In this document: positions 19,001 to 27,149 of the stretch, one piece after another
Position numbering within the stretch: position 1 is the stretch's first letter
How the letters are laid out: each line of letters opens with the position of its first letter
DNA from: a virus
Lineage: Duplodnaviria; Caudoviricetes
IMG/VR virus record: IMGVR_UViG_3300005758_000105
Coordinates: 1 to 37,500 of that record
DNA length: 37,500 nt
Strand: one strand, 5' to 3'
The notes under the pieces: model-generated
Database searches by the model: none
What the model was told of the DNA's origin: nothing
What the model saw: the letters and a program-made list of their open reading frames with translations, nothing else
Made by a program: the position numbers and the translations under genes

Positions 19001-20601
19001 CCGGGACCTAAGCATACTTCAAACCATCTATAGCCTTCTTTAACTACTGTTCCATATTGTTCTTCACCACCAATAAAGCCATAATAACTTATAACTGGAC
19101 TTTTTAATACTTCACTATAAGCAGTTACAGCTATACTTCCTCCTGCCGGATTTAGTGCAGGGGTAGCTTGCCAAGTACTACTTGAATAAGGCACTATTTG
19201 TATTTCTACACTACAAGTAGTTTCACTTACATCTCCAGCTCCATCTCCTTTTGCTTTAATTCTACGCATGCCAGCTGGAAAACTAAAAGCTATATCAATT
19301 TCTGTACCTTGCTGTACAAAAGTTATTTCTGTCCAAGGATTTTCTTGTGTTACGCCTGGAGTAGTAAAGTTTAAGGTATTTTTTAGCTCTACATTTTTAA
19401 ATACTTGTTCTATATCAGTAGGATAGTACTTATTAAAATTTGCAATTTGTGTGGCATCTTCGGCGGGGCTGCCCTTTAGCGTAATGGGGTAAGTTGGTGT
19501 AGCTGCTAAATCCGAGTAGTAAGAGTCTTTTAAATTATTTGCTCCTACACAAATATCGTCAACTTCTAGTGGGCCAAATCCCCATATAATTAGCATGTTT
19601 AAAATATTGGTGCTTGTATTTGTTTTTATATATGGAGTTGCTCCTAATAGTCCAACATAACGTAATCTACCCAATACAATTGGTATTGCTCCTAATCTAC
19701 TTGCTTGATTACTTGCACCATTAAATAAGTTTAATTGGTTTGGGGTACCAGGATCTTTAGCGCCATCTGGTGGGCGTATTGGTGCTATGGCATTAACTAG
19801 TGCCATTCCAGCCATACTTACAGCAGCAGTTAATACAGCTTTACCAGCTAGAATGGCTGCTTCACTTGTACCACCAAAGATTGCTGCAAAATCAGCACCA
19901 AACGTGTAACCAGTATATACGGCAATTGCAATAACAATAAAAGTTAAAAGTAATCTACCAGTGCTACGGCCTTGCACAAGAGTTCTATAGCTTATTTGTT
20001 GACCTTCTTTAATAACTGTTGTGTTCCACTCGCTTTCAGGAATAGGAACTCCATCAATCATTAAAACTAGTCGTTTGGAAAGTTTGGCACTTATCTCATA
20101 TTTTGTATGCAAAAATTTTACAAGATCTGCAACTGTAGTTCCTGCGGCTGTCCAATCAGTTACTTTAGCTATTTTTAGTGGATGCGGTGCACCTGTAATT
20201 TGTACTTCTTTATTAGCAGTACTATAACTAAAGTATCCGGCTATTCTTCGTTTCCATAGTGGATTATTTAGTGTTTCTATTACGCTATCTTGCCCGTCTC
20301 TGGCATGTAAAAATTTACTATCGCCGACAAATATACCTATATGTGCTGGTTCGCCATGTATATTAAATAAACAAAGATCACCAATATGTGGGCTTTTTAC
20401 TTCCTGCCAACTATCTTTGTGATAGTTTATAAGTTTAGTAACTTGCTCATCCCAGCTACCGGTATACAAATCACTGTAATCCGGTAATTCAATACCTAGT
20501 TCTTGTTTGTAAAATAAACGTGCTAATCCCCAGCAGTCAACACCACTAGTAGTACGACCATTTTCCTGGTATGGCAAACCAATGTACTTGTCAAAATTCA
20601 T
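16039..20601 (-). CDS. Tail tip hub: NlpC/P60 (gpK-like) + gpI-like + gpJ-like fusion (1520 aa)
   Basis: GVDCWGL and HIGIFVGDSKFLHAR catalytic motifs; GAIPIVLG, WGFGPL, TNNPASLFLYVL, GDLVKVTHD hub motifs; C-terminal Fn3. Confidence 0.9.
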   Translation of the reverse strand: MNFDKYIGLPYQENGRTTSGVDCWGLARLFYKQELGIELPDYSDLYTGSWDEQVTKLINYHKDSWQEVKSPHIGDLCLFNIHGEPAHIGIFVGDSKFLHARDGQDSVIETLNNPLWKRRIAGYFSYSTANKEVQITGAPHPLKIAKVTDWTAAGTTVADLVKFLHTKYEISAKLSKRLVLMIDGVPIPESEWNTTVIKEGQQISYRTLVQGRSTGRLLLTFIVIAIAVYTGYTFGADFAAIFGGTSEAAILAGKAVLTAAVSMAGMALVNAIAPIRPPDGAKDPGTPNQLNLFNGASNQASRLGAIPIVLGRLRYVGLLGATPYIKTNTSTNILNMLIIWGFGPLEVDDICVGANNLKDSYYSDLAATPTYPITLKGSPAEDATQIANFNKYYPTDIEQVFKNVELKNTLNFTTPGVTQENPWTEITFVQQGTEIDIAFSFPAGMRRIKAKGDGAGDVSETTCSVEIQIVPYSSSTWQATPALNPAGGSIAVTAYSEVLKSPVISYYGFIGGEEQYGTVVKEGYRWFEVCLGPGGAIRSFAGASTQSPLQEPDAELQETFRSGNYNSLLGVNNTYTRLPAIPAGYIPLYRICIGSSQGLLSQYTVNYIAGQSGSYGLGASYTDITTNDLEGNQVKTGEVKVQLTGGTYYPTTAPTATSTGKQTIWETSVNTVPGAVVPAQYNRWSEFLKEKGIWIGNNANNPNIDVTVQVTLPYSGFYDFEAGVDDKAQITLDSRPVVTDLVEGSYGNVMTGTEHFAAGTYPLRIQAQDSQAGKAAVAFRISFTPNTGLNTPSSPQTIFTIGAVNSFHKRKDPFNYVYTVTGLPRDRYKLRARRVTPEFEELSTSEYRYYDTVAISNAVCYDTLNPPMRELPRGRVARTAIKVQSTSKANGNVDGINALVHTVAYDWNRSTSSWAFRATNNPASLFLYVLMHPANAYRVADMESPTIHTDIRAKVDLDKIIEWHNFCNPVTPSPNNPILSYNAVITSTQSVMDTLRDICAAGKASPIFVDGKWSVIIDKPRTHTIQHFTPHNSWGFESSKTLPRIPHAFRMTIQNEHNAYQAEDVYVYNYGYDAVAGNGKLGAEIFEELSLPGVTNIAQAKHLAKWHMAQLKLRPETYTLNTDFEYLVCNRGDLVKVTHDVPLWGIGSGRIKAINSTTKTILLTEEVLLQANPSPQANYKIRIRTNDINATAGSGSVYLTLARITTTGYYSTITVVENIPTNVAVDNLFMLGSENLESQDLIVLSVEPAANLTARITLTDYSPEIYTADLDGDLKHQSNITLPGTGVVQNTINGVPILGRITSTRDTSQQISVGTYQTVALLLFSNPMGLSRNATRVQFEMIRSDQTFSDANPGTLLYANKETGNITFSGLETGRMYKVRARYTNGDNTIFGSWSIAKAFVAGSSGLEPTTPLLEMDLENTYIVAKVPQSYTRGQDFQTFEYRLYKDTGVEDFWEITPDSTNNIKVVRSPSEARFNLLDLPTPRISDAGITYRVACRSMNRNNEYSSDSVLGTIVVTTIT

Positions 20602-21128
20602 TAGAATAGTCCTGGAAAATAGTTTGGAGTAAAATTATAGCAAGGAAAAGGTTCCCTGGTATAATCAATCATATCTAAAGTTAGCGTAATTTGTTGTGAG
20701 TTATAATTTACACTAACTATAGAAAATCCTGGGAAGCTTGCTTCCACGTAATTAGGATTACTTGCTAATATTAACTCTAAAGTTATCTGTGTAGGATTTG
20801 TTAAATGTTCGCGTACTAGTTGTATTGCTTCTGTTGTAACATAATTTAGTACAACGTTGCAACGACCAACGCCTGCATCTTCTTCGCTGGGTAAAGTGAT
20901 TTCTAGTGGTAGGAATAAGTAGTTTTGTCCACGACTTACAACACCATAAATGACTTCATCATCAGTGGTTAAACCAGTTATTCGTTGAGTAAAACTATCA
21001 GCCAGCCTAACAGGTGTGTTAGGCTGGCTGGGGTCTTGAATAGTTAACAATGTAATTAATTGTTCGTCCGTTTCACTGGAGAACATTGCTTTAATAGCTT
21101 CGGGGCTGAGTCTAGTTAATCTACTCAT
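20601..21128 (-). CDS. DUF1833-family minor tail protein (gpL-equivalent position)
   Basis: LLTI...PVRLAD...SRGQNYLFLPLEITLP...EPFPCYNFTPNYFPGLF. Confidence 0.8.
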   Translation of the reverse strand: MSRLTRLSPEAIKAMFSSETDEQLITLLTIQDPSQPNTPVRLADSFTQRITGLTTDDEVIYGVVSRGQNYLFLPLEITLPSEEDAGVGRCNVVLNYVTTEAIQLVREHLTNPTQITLELILASNPNYVEASFPGFSIVSVNYNSQQITLTLDMIDYTREPFPCYNFTPNYFPGLF

Positions 21129-21493
21129 GGTAATATTTCAAAATTAAGCTGTGTTTGCCAGTATCCTGGCGCAAGGTATTGTAGTTTAAAAAACTCACCG
21201 TCCTGTTGAGGTATTATTCGTACCTCAACAGGGGTGTACAGTCTTGGGTGCGGAAATGTAAATCTTTTAGTACCACGAAGGGTTTGCGTTACAAAAGTCT
21301 CTAAATCCTGAGTATTTTGTGTAGTCATAATGAAACTAAGCTGCATAGTGCTTGGTCTGCGGCTACGTACTCGCTGCTTAGCAGGGCCTGCATCAGTTTG
21401 AGACCTTATAATGTTGATCCCAACTGACTCAGTAAACCCTTTTTGCGGAACTTGTGGAAACCCATTTGCGGTAGGCCAACTAGGAATAGCCAT
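21125..21493 (-). CDS. Distal tail protein, lambda gpM-like
   Basis: Directly after the tape measure; WP...IIRSQTDAGPAKQR...TLRGTKRFTFPHP. Confidence 0.75.
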   Translation of the reverse strand: MAIPSWPTANGFPQVPQKGFTESVGINIIRSQTDAGPAKQRVRSRRPSTMQLSFIMTTQNTQDLETFVTQTLRGTKRFTFPHPRLYTPVEVRIIPQQDGEFFKLQYLAPGYWQTQLNFEILP

Positions 21494-21496
21494 ATA

Positions 21497-24400
21497 TTAT
21501 CTCCTTGTTATTGATGGTCTAGTCATAAAGTTTCCAGTAATTGCTTGCTGCATTGGGCTATTTTTTCTGCCCACTTCACTAGCAACCATTTCTCCAACTA
21601 CAACTTCTATTTTACGATTGCCACGGCTGTCCACGGTTTCACGAGCTTCAGCTTTTTCACCACTATAATTATTAACTACAACTTCTACATTATTACCTTG
21701 TGGTTTTGCCATTACACCAAGATTACCATCACTGTCCCTGCGTAGTGGCATAATAGCTTCAGGACCAGCTTCGCCCATTAAGCCCGTACCACGTGCAAAC
21801 TTAAATAGTGTAGGTTCTGTTACTACGCTATTAGTAAACATTCCACCTTTGGCAAATTGCAATATTCCGCCGTCATATACAGCACCTTTTGCAGCTTTAC
21901 CTCCATAGGTAGGGTAGATGCCACCAGGACCACCTGGTACAGGTGCTGAACTACCTGTAGATGCAGGAGAACTTCCTCCAAAAGCTAAATTAGCTAAGAA
22001 ATTCATTATACCAGTAGCTCCGCCAACTGCTTTATAAGCTAGTAGTGCTTGCTGCTGCAGTTCATAACGAATTAAGCCTTCGATCATGCTATCAATCATG
22101 CTCTTAAAGCTCAACTTACCAGTTTTGGCAAAATCTACAATAGCATCTGCCATTCCGCTAAATGCGTTGCGGAATACTTGATCGTACGCTTTCATACGAT
22201 CAGTCATACTATACTGTAGTGTAACACCGTCTCGTTTAGCAGCATTAATACGATTTATATGCTCTAACTCATTGTTATAGTGTGAATCTATTACAGCACG
22301 CTGATCAGCAAAATATTTTTTGTCATAGTCTTGACTCACGGCTTTAGCATTATCTTCTTTTTCTTGAAGTGCACTCATTTTATCTGAGCGCTCCTTTCTA
22401 GCTTTGGCTATATCGCTGTCATACTGAATAGATAGTTGAGCTAATTTTAAACGTTTTTCTTCATTTGCAATTTCGTCAGGCAACATTACTTGAACCTGAC
22501 TACGAATACCTAATAGCTCTAACTCATTATTTATAAGGTCCATTCGCATATCGCGCTGTTGCTGCTGCAACATAAAATTATCTGCAGCCAATTTATTTTG
22601 TTTAGCGTATTCGTTAGTAATTCTAGCCTGTGCTTGTTGTATAGCTAGAACACTACCTTCTGCTGTATATTGTTCGCCTAATTGCTTTAACTGTTTTTGC
22701 TTTAACTCTATTTCTTTAGTCAATCCAGCACGAGTTTCTTCACTTGCATACCCACGTTTAATTTCCAGTAATTCTATTTCATCATAAATAGCTCTTTCTG
22801 CTATTCTTTGATCATTTTGTAGTTTAACAGTTTGTAAACGCTCACGCTCTTTAATCTGTGCATCACTTAAATATTCGTACGCAGATACGCTGAGATCAAG
22901 TCTTTGTGATTCAAATCCTAGCAGAGTTTGCTGCTGTTTCATGTCTGCCATATTTATAGCTTGCTCAGCGGCTTTTAATTGTACTCTGCCTTGTATTAAA
23001 ACATTTCGACGTTGCTCCTCCAGCACGCCACGCTTTTCTTCTTCGCCTACTTGACCCATTACGGCTTGCTGACCAAAACGTGCAGCTTCTGGTGTTGTCA
23101 TCTGTTGAGCTAATCCAGGTGTTATTTTTTTAGCATTAGCTAGTTGACCTAACTCTGTAAATTTAGTAAATAAGCTACCAATTTCCAACTGCTCACTTGG
23201 AGTTAGTTCTCTTCCTTCTCTTTTTGCACGTTCTTCTATCTGAGTAATACCTTTATCGGCTAGTGATTGCTCCATTAAAATATTATTACGCAGCATAGTA
23301 TCATTTAACTGCGATACAATATTAATTTGCTTAATCTGTAAATCTATCTCTTTTACACTTAAAGCAGTTTGAGCTGCTACTGCACCTGGTGAAGCTGTGC
23401 CGGTTAGTAGTCCTTTTTCTGTTGCTACTCTAGCTCTTTCAGTTGCTAAACTGGCCTGTTTAGATATAAATTCATAACCTCTGCGAATAGTATCTGTAGT
23501 AATTTCTTGTATACGCTGCTCTAAAGCTTTAAATGTGGATTCTTCCAATCCGACTTTTATTTTTAGGTCTTCTAGCTTTACTTGTTGCTTTAATTTTTCT
23601 TGTATAACTTCTTGTACGCCAGCACCGCCGCGAGCAATAGACTTTTGTAAATCTGTAACAATATCTTGGGTTTCGGCAATTTGATCTTTATAGGCTTGAA
23701 TTGCTTTTCCGCCCTTTTCATAACCTTCTTGCAAACTTAACAATTCTTTAAAGTTTTCTGGACTTATTAACCTTGCATTTTCGCTGGAGTCTAGTATTTT
23801 CTTTAAACTTGCTGCGCCACTAGTGGCATCCTTAAAAGCTTCGCGTAATTCTATACCTATAGTTACTATACCTTCGCCAAATCTAATAATTGGATCTGTA
23901 GTAGCTAGAGTTTTAAACAATTCTTGTGCGCGTATATTTCCATCTTTTAGAGCTTCTTCTACACGACGACCTGCATCACCTAATTTTTGCGCACCCATTC
24001 TTGCTGGTTCTAACTCTTTATTTGTTTCCTTAACTGCTTTAGTTATCTCCGGAAATTTCATGCGCTTTAATGCAGCGGCTATTTCTCCTTCAGTAGCTCC
24101 TGCAGATTTGGTAATAGCTTTTACTTTGGCCTCTAGTTCTTTTCTGATTGGACCTTCTGGTATCATTTTTAATTGCTGTGCAATTCCTGCGGCTGCAGAT
24201 TCTGCAAAGTCTGATGCCATATCAAAATTAAACAAACCCTTAACAAAGTCTTTAAAGCTATCCCAACCAGATTGCTTTTCTATTGCACGTTCTAGTTTAA
24301 GTGTAAGATCGTCTACAGCATTACCAAGCTCTCTAAAACTAGTGCCCTTTGCGGCTAGACTTGCTACTGTAATCTCTTGTCCGAACTTTTTAATTACATT

Positions 24401-26179
24401 AGCACTTGTTTCTACGGTTTTTCCTAGGGCATCTGCGGCAGACTGAAACTCTGCTACTGCGCGGCCATTTTTAGACAGCAATGCATCAAGTCCGGCCAAC
24501 GCTAATCCTGCCATTGCAATGTAACCAGCAATATTTCCAAGAGCACTCATAAATACACCAGCTGTTGTTGCTCCTGCAATTGCCCAACCAGTTGCTCTAG
24601 TTCTTAGTTTATCCCAACCTTTTAAATCTACGGCCTTTTCCAAACCTTTATTAAGCTCATAAATAGCATATTTCCAGCCACCTGCCTGTACATTGCCACT
24701 AACTTGACTTAAAATATCTAAACGCTCTGCTCTTGCACCGGCTTGTTGGCTTATTGATCTGCGGGCCGCCTCTTCTAGACTAGTTTTAGCAAACTGTCTT
24801 TCTGCCGCATTTTGAGCACTACCAATATCTTTAGTATACTTTAATATTTCTTTCTGACTTTCTTTGGCAATTCGTAGTTGTTCTGCATAAGCTTTAGCTT
24901 CTGCCGTTGTTTGCTTACTTAAACTATTAATCTGTGCTTGTGTTCTGGCAAAATCTTTTGGATCCTCGCCATATACACCGGCAGCTATATTTTGAGTAGT
25001 TTTTGTTTGACGAAATCCAGCCTGTTGCTGAATTTCAGCTATCTTTTTGGCAGCTTGTGCATATCTAGCTTTGGCATCATCCAAATTCTTTTGTAGTTCT
25101 GGCAAATTAAACTTCGCCATTGTCATACCAACACTTTTCTCTGCAAAACTCTCAGTAATGTCCCTAGCTTTAGCTTTTGCTACTTGTGCAGACTTGACCA
25201 GTTCATCTCTCCAGCTTGTTAAGGCCGGGATTGCCATTTTAGTCAGTCTCATCGCAATCAGACCAAGTGCAGCAGTTAACAATACACTATTTTGAGAAAA
25301 AACATTTGCTATAGGAACTAGTACTTTATTTACTAATTGTAATCCAGCTGTAGCTAAATTTCTTATACTAGCTTCTAACTGCTGGTATGGATTTGCATCT
25401 AAACCTTGTAATTCGCTAAATTTATCTCTGCCCTCTTTTAATACAGCGTTGGCAAAAGCTTGACGTCGTTCAAAATCGGTTAGACCGGCTGCTGTTTTAC
25501 CAACACTACGCGCATAGTCATCAGTAGCCTTACCAATTTTAGTAAATAAACCTAGTTCGTCCAGCAATTCGGGTTCTAGTTTAGTAATACCGCGAGTTAA
25601 GCGACTAATAGCATCGGTCATGTCTAAACCAAGAGCTAACGAGGCAGTTTTAGCAATTTGTCCAATTTCTAAAATTTGTCTGCTATCTAACCCTGCGGAA
25701 CTAGCTTTTGCCACAGTAGTCATTGCTTCACGAAGAGTAATAGCATTATCGGTTGTTTGCACTAATCTCTGGCTTAATGAACCTAAGGCCATTCCGCTTG
25801 CCGCACCTAGTTGATCTAATCCTTTAATCATACTTGTAGTATTAGCAGCCTCTTTTAGAGCATTAAAAGCAGCGCTAACCGCAAATAAGTTGGCGGCAAC
25901 TGTTGCATACACACGTACTAATCCACCCAAGCCCTGTGCTTGGTTTGCAAAGTCTCTGGCACTTGCTCCGGTTGTACCCATGCTACCACGAGCACGACCA
26001 TACTCGGTGCCTTCACCAGGTTGTTGTTTATAGCGAGAAGCCGGACGCAGTGCTTTTTCTGCACTAGCTGCGGCTGCGCTTAAATTTCTATTTAATTCTT
26101 TTGCTTCTTCGTTGCGCTTTTTCAAGCTACCACTACTGTCGCTGACGGTTAGGTCAACATTAACGGTATTTCCTGCCAT
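21497..26179 (-). CDS. Tape measure protein (1560 aa), T5 pb2-like N-terminus and lambdoid C-terminus
   Basis: Long helical Ala/Gln/Glu-rich ORF after the chaperones; RDFANQAQGLGGLVRVYATVAANLFA; AFSGMADAIVDFAKTGKLSFKSM; GEAGPEAIMPL; AAGGAG SD. Confidence 0.93.
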   Translation of the reverse strand: MAGNTVNVDLTVSDSSGSLKKRNEEAKELNRNLSAAAASAEKALRPASRYKQQPGEGTEYGRARGSMGTTGASARDFANQAQGLGGLVRVYATVAANLFAVSAAFNALKEAANTTSMIKGLDQLGAASGMALGSLSQRLVQTTDNAITLREAMTTVAKASSAGLDSRQILEIGQIAKTASLALGLDMTDAISRLTRGITKLEPELLDELGLFTKIGKATDDYARSVGKTAAGLTDFERRQAFANAVLKEGRDKFSELQGLDANPYQQLEASIRNLATAGLQLVNKVLVPIANVFSQNSVLLTAALGLIAMRLTKMAIPALTSWRDELVKSAQVAKAKARDITESFAEKSVGMTMAKFNLPELQKNLDDAKARYAQAAKKIAEIQQQAGFRQTKTTQNIAAGVYGEDPKDFARTQAQINSLSKQTTAEAKAYAEQLRIAKESQKEILKYTKDIGSAQNAAERQFAKTSLEEAARRSISQQAGARAERLDILSQVSGNVQAGGWKYAIYELNKGLEKAVDLKGWDKLRTRATGWAIAGATTAGVFMSALGNIAGYIAMAGLALAGLDALLSKNGRAVAEFQSAADALGKTVETSANVIKKFGQEITVASLAAKGTSFRELGNAVDDLTLKLERAIEKQSGWDSFKDFVKGLFNFDMASDFAESAAAGIAQQLKMIPEGPIRKELEAKVKAITKSAGATEGEIAAALKRMKFPEITKAVKETNKELEPARMGAQKLGDAGRRVEEALKDGNIRAQELFKTLATTDPIIRFGEGIVTIGIELREAFKDATSGAASLKKILDSSENARLISPENFKELLSLQEGYEKGGKAIQAYKDQIAETQDIVTDLQKSIARGGAGVQEVIQEKLKQQVKLEDLKIKVGLEESTFKALEQRIQEITTDTIRRGYEFISKQASLATERARVATEKGLLTGTASPGAVAAQTALSVKEIDLQIKQINIVSQLNDTMLRNNILMEQSLADKGITQIEERAKREGRELTPSEQLEIGSLFTKFTELGQLANAKKITPGLAQQMTTPEAARFGQQAVMGQVGEEEKRGVLEEQRRNVLIQGRVQLKAAEQAINMADMKQQQTLLGFESQRLDLSVSAYEYLSDAQIKERERLQTVKLQNDQRIAERAIYDEIELLEIKRGYASEETRAGLTKEIELKQKQLKQLGEQYTAEGSVLAIQQAQARITNEYAKQNKLAADNFMLQQQQRDMRMDLINNELELLGIRSQVQVMLPDEIANEEKRLKLAQLSIQYDSDIAKARKERSDKMSALQEKEDNAKAVSQDYDKKYFADQRAVIDSHYNNELEHINRINAAKRDGVTLQYSMTDRMKAYDQVFRNAFSGMADAIVDFAKTGKLSFKSMIDSMIEGLIRYELQQQALLAYKAVGGATGIMNFLANLAFGGSSPASTGSSAPVPGGPGGIYPTYGGKAAKGAVYDGGILQFAKGGMFTNSVVTEPTLFKFARGTGLMGEAGPEAIMPLRRDSDGNLGVMAKPQGNNVEVVVNNYSGEKAEARETVDSRGNRKIEVVVGEMVASEVGRKNSPMQQAITGNFMTRPSITRR

Positions 26180-26224
26180 AGATGCTCCTTGGCCTCACTA
26201 AACTGAGATAATTTGTTTGCTACC

Positions 26225-26253
26225 ATTATATCATTGTGGCCTATAATTGTCAA
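26225..26253 (-). promoter_or_regulatory. sigma70 promoter for the tape measure/tail-tip operon
   Basis: TTGACA-17 nt-TATAAT, TG extension, AT-rich UP region. Confidence 0.9.
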
Positions 26254-26273
26254 ACCAAAAAATTTTTAGCAAT

Positions 26274-26307
26274 AAAAAACCCGCTAGTTTTTACTTAGCG
26301 GGTTTTT
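26274..26307 (-). terminator. Intrinsic (potentially bidirectional) terminator after the chaperone genes
   Basis: AAAAACCCGCTA-AGTAAAAAC-TAGCGGGTTTTTT. Confidence 0.9.
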
Positions 26308-26677
26308 CTTGTTGTTTTTGCTTTCTAATCTCGTCAATTCTAACTTGATCAATAACATGTATCAATTCCAAGTAAAACCTTCTGTCACAACGAGCAATAT
26401 CATAAGCATCAAATACTTCAAAGATACCATTGATATTTTTACCTAGATAGTTACCACCAACAAACTCCCACTCATCACGTAATATTCTGTAAATACTTAA
26501 TGCGGTTTGTACTTCTAGTGGAAAATCATCAAATTCTACTGGTATTTCACTGTCAACTGGTTCTGAGCCTAACTGTTCGCACATATCAAAATACTGCTCT
26601 TTGGTCATGCCCAAAGAAGCATTTTGCATATAACTAACTAGCTGCTCTTTAATTGAAATCAGTTGTTCTTCGAGAAG
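26291..26677 (-). CDS. Tail assembly chaperone, -1 frameshift extension (gpT-equivalent)
   Basis: Frame is open from the slippery site (LLEEQLISIKEQLVSY) into the 112-aa ORF; no convincing SD before ATG 26629. Confidence 0.85.
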   Translation of the reverse strand, partial: LLEEQLISIKEQLVSYMQNASLGMTKEQYFDMCEQLGSEPVDSEIPVEFDDFPLEVQTALSIYRILRDEWEFVGGNYLGKNINGIFEVFDAYDIARCDRRFYLELIHVIDQVRIDEIRKQKQQEKPAK

Positions 26678-27072
26678 TTTCCCAGGTCATTTACCTTTTC
26701 ACTAACAAAACTATCAAAGTCGCTGCTGTTCTTCATCAACATAAGTGCGTTTTCTTTGCTGTATGCAAGCTCGTCTTCTGGGTCGTACTGAGATACGTCA
26801 ACAGGTACTAACAAATTAATATACTTAAATTTTAGACCTTTCCAGCCTTTAATAGCTGCGTCAACGTATAGCTCCAAGAAAAGATCTTCGTTAAATTCTT
26901 CTTGGGTTTGCCGACCTTTAAACGTAGTTTTAGTAGATTTCTTCCGCAGGTTAATTAAACCATCACGGCTTAGGTAGTTAATTTCCAACTTAAATTCAGG
27001 AAATCCTGGAAATTCTACTTCAATTGTTTTGCTTGGTACTAGTAATGTTTTTAGGCTAATCTCTTGTGCCAT
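26659..27072 (-). CDS. Tail assembly chaperone (gpG-equivalent, 137 aa)
   Basis: Between tail tube and tape measure; AAIKGWKGL motif; ends ...DLGNF; TAAGGA SD. Confidence 0.88.
   Translation of the reverse strand: MAQEISLKTLLVPSKTIEVEFPGFPEFKLEINYLSRDGLINLRKKSTKTTFKGRQTQEEFNEDLFLELYVDAAIKGWKGLKFKYINLLVPVDVSQYDPEDELAYSKENALMLMKNSSDFDSFVSEKVNDLGNFSKNN
26677..26683 (-). other. Programmed -1 ribosomal frameshift heptamer G GGA AAC
   Basis: X XXY YYZ in the correct phase (CTG GGA AAC), 5 codons before the stop of the chaperone gene. Confidence 0.88.
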
Positions 27073-27100
27073 TTTTGTCCTTAGTTTTAATTTTCTAGAT

Positions 27101-27132
27101 TAAAAAGTGGTGCCGGAGATCAGCCCGGCACC
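27101..27132 (-). terminator. Intrinsic terminator after the tail tube gene
   Basis: GGTGCCGG-8 nt-CCGGCACC-ACTTTTT. Confidence 0.85.
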
Positions 27133-27149
27133 TGCTGTAAATTCACAGC

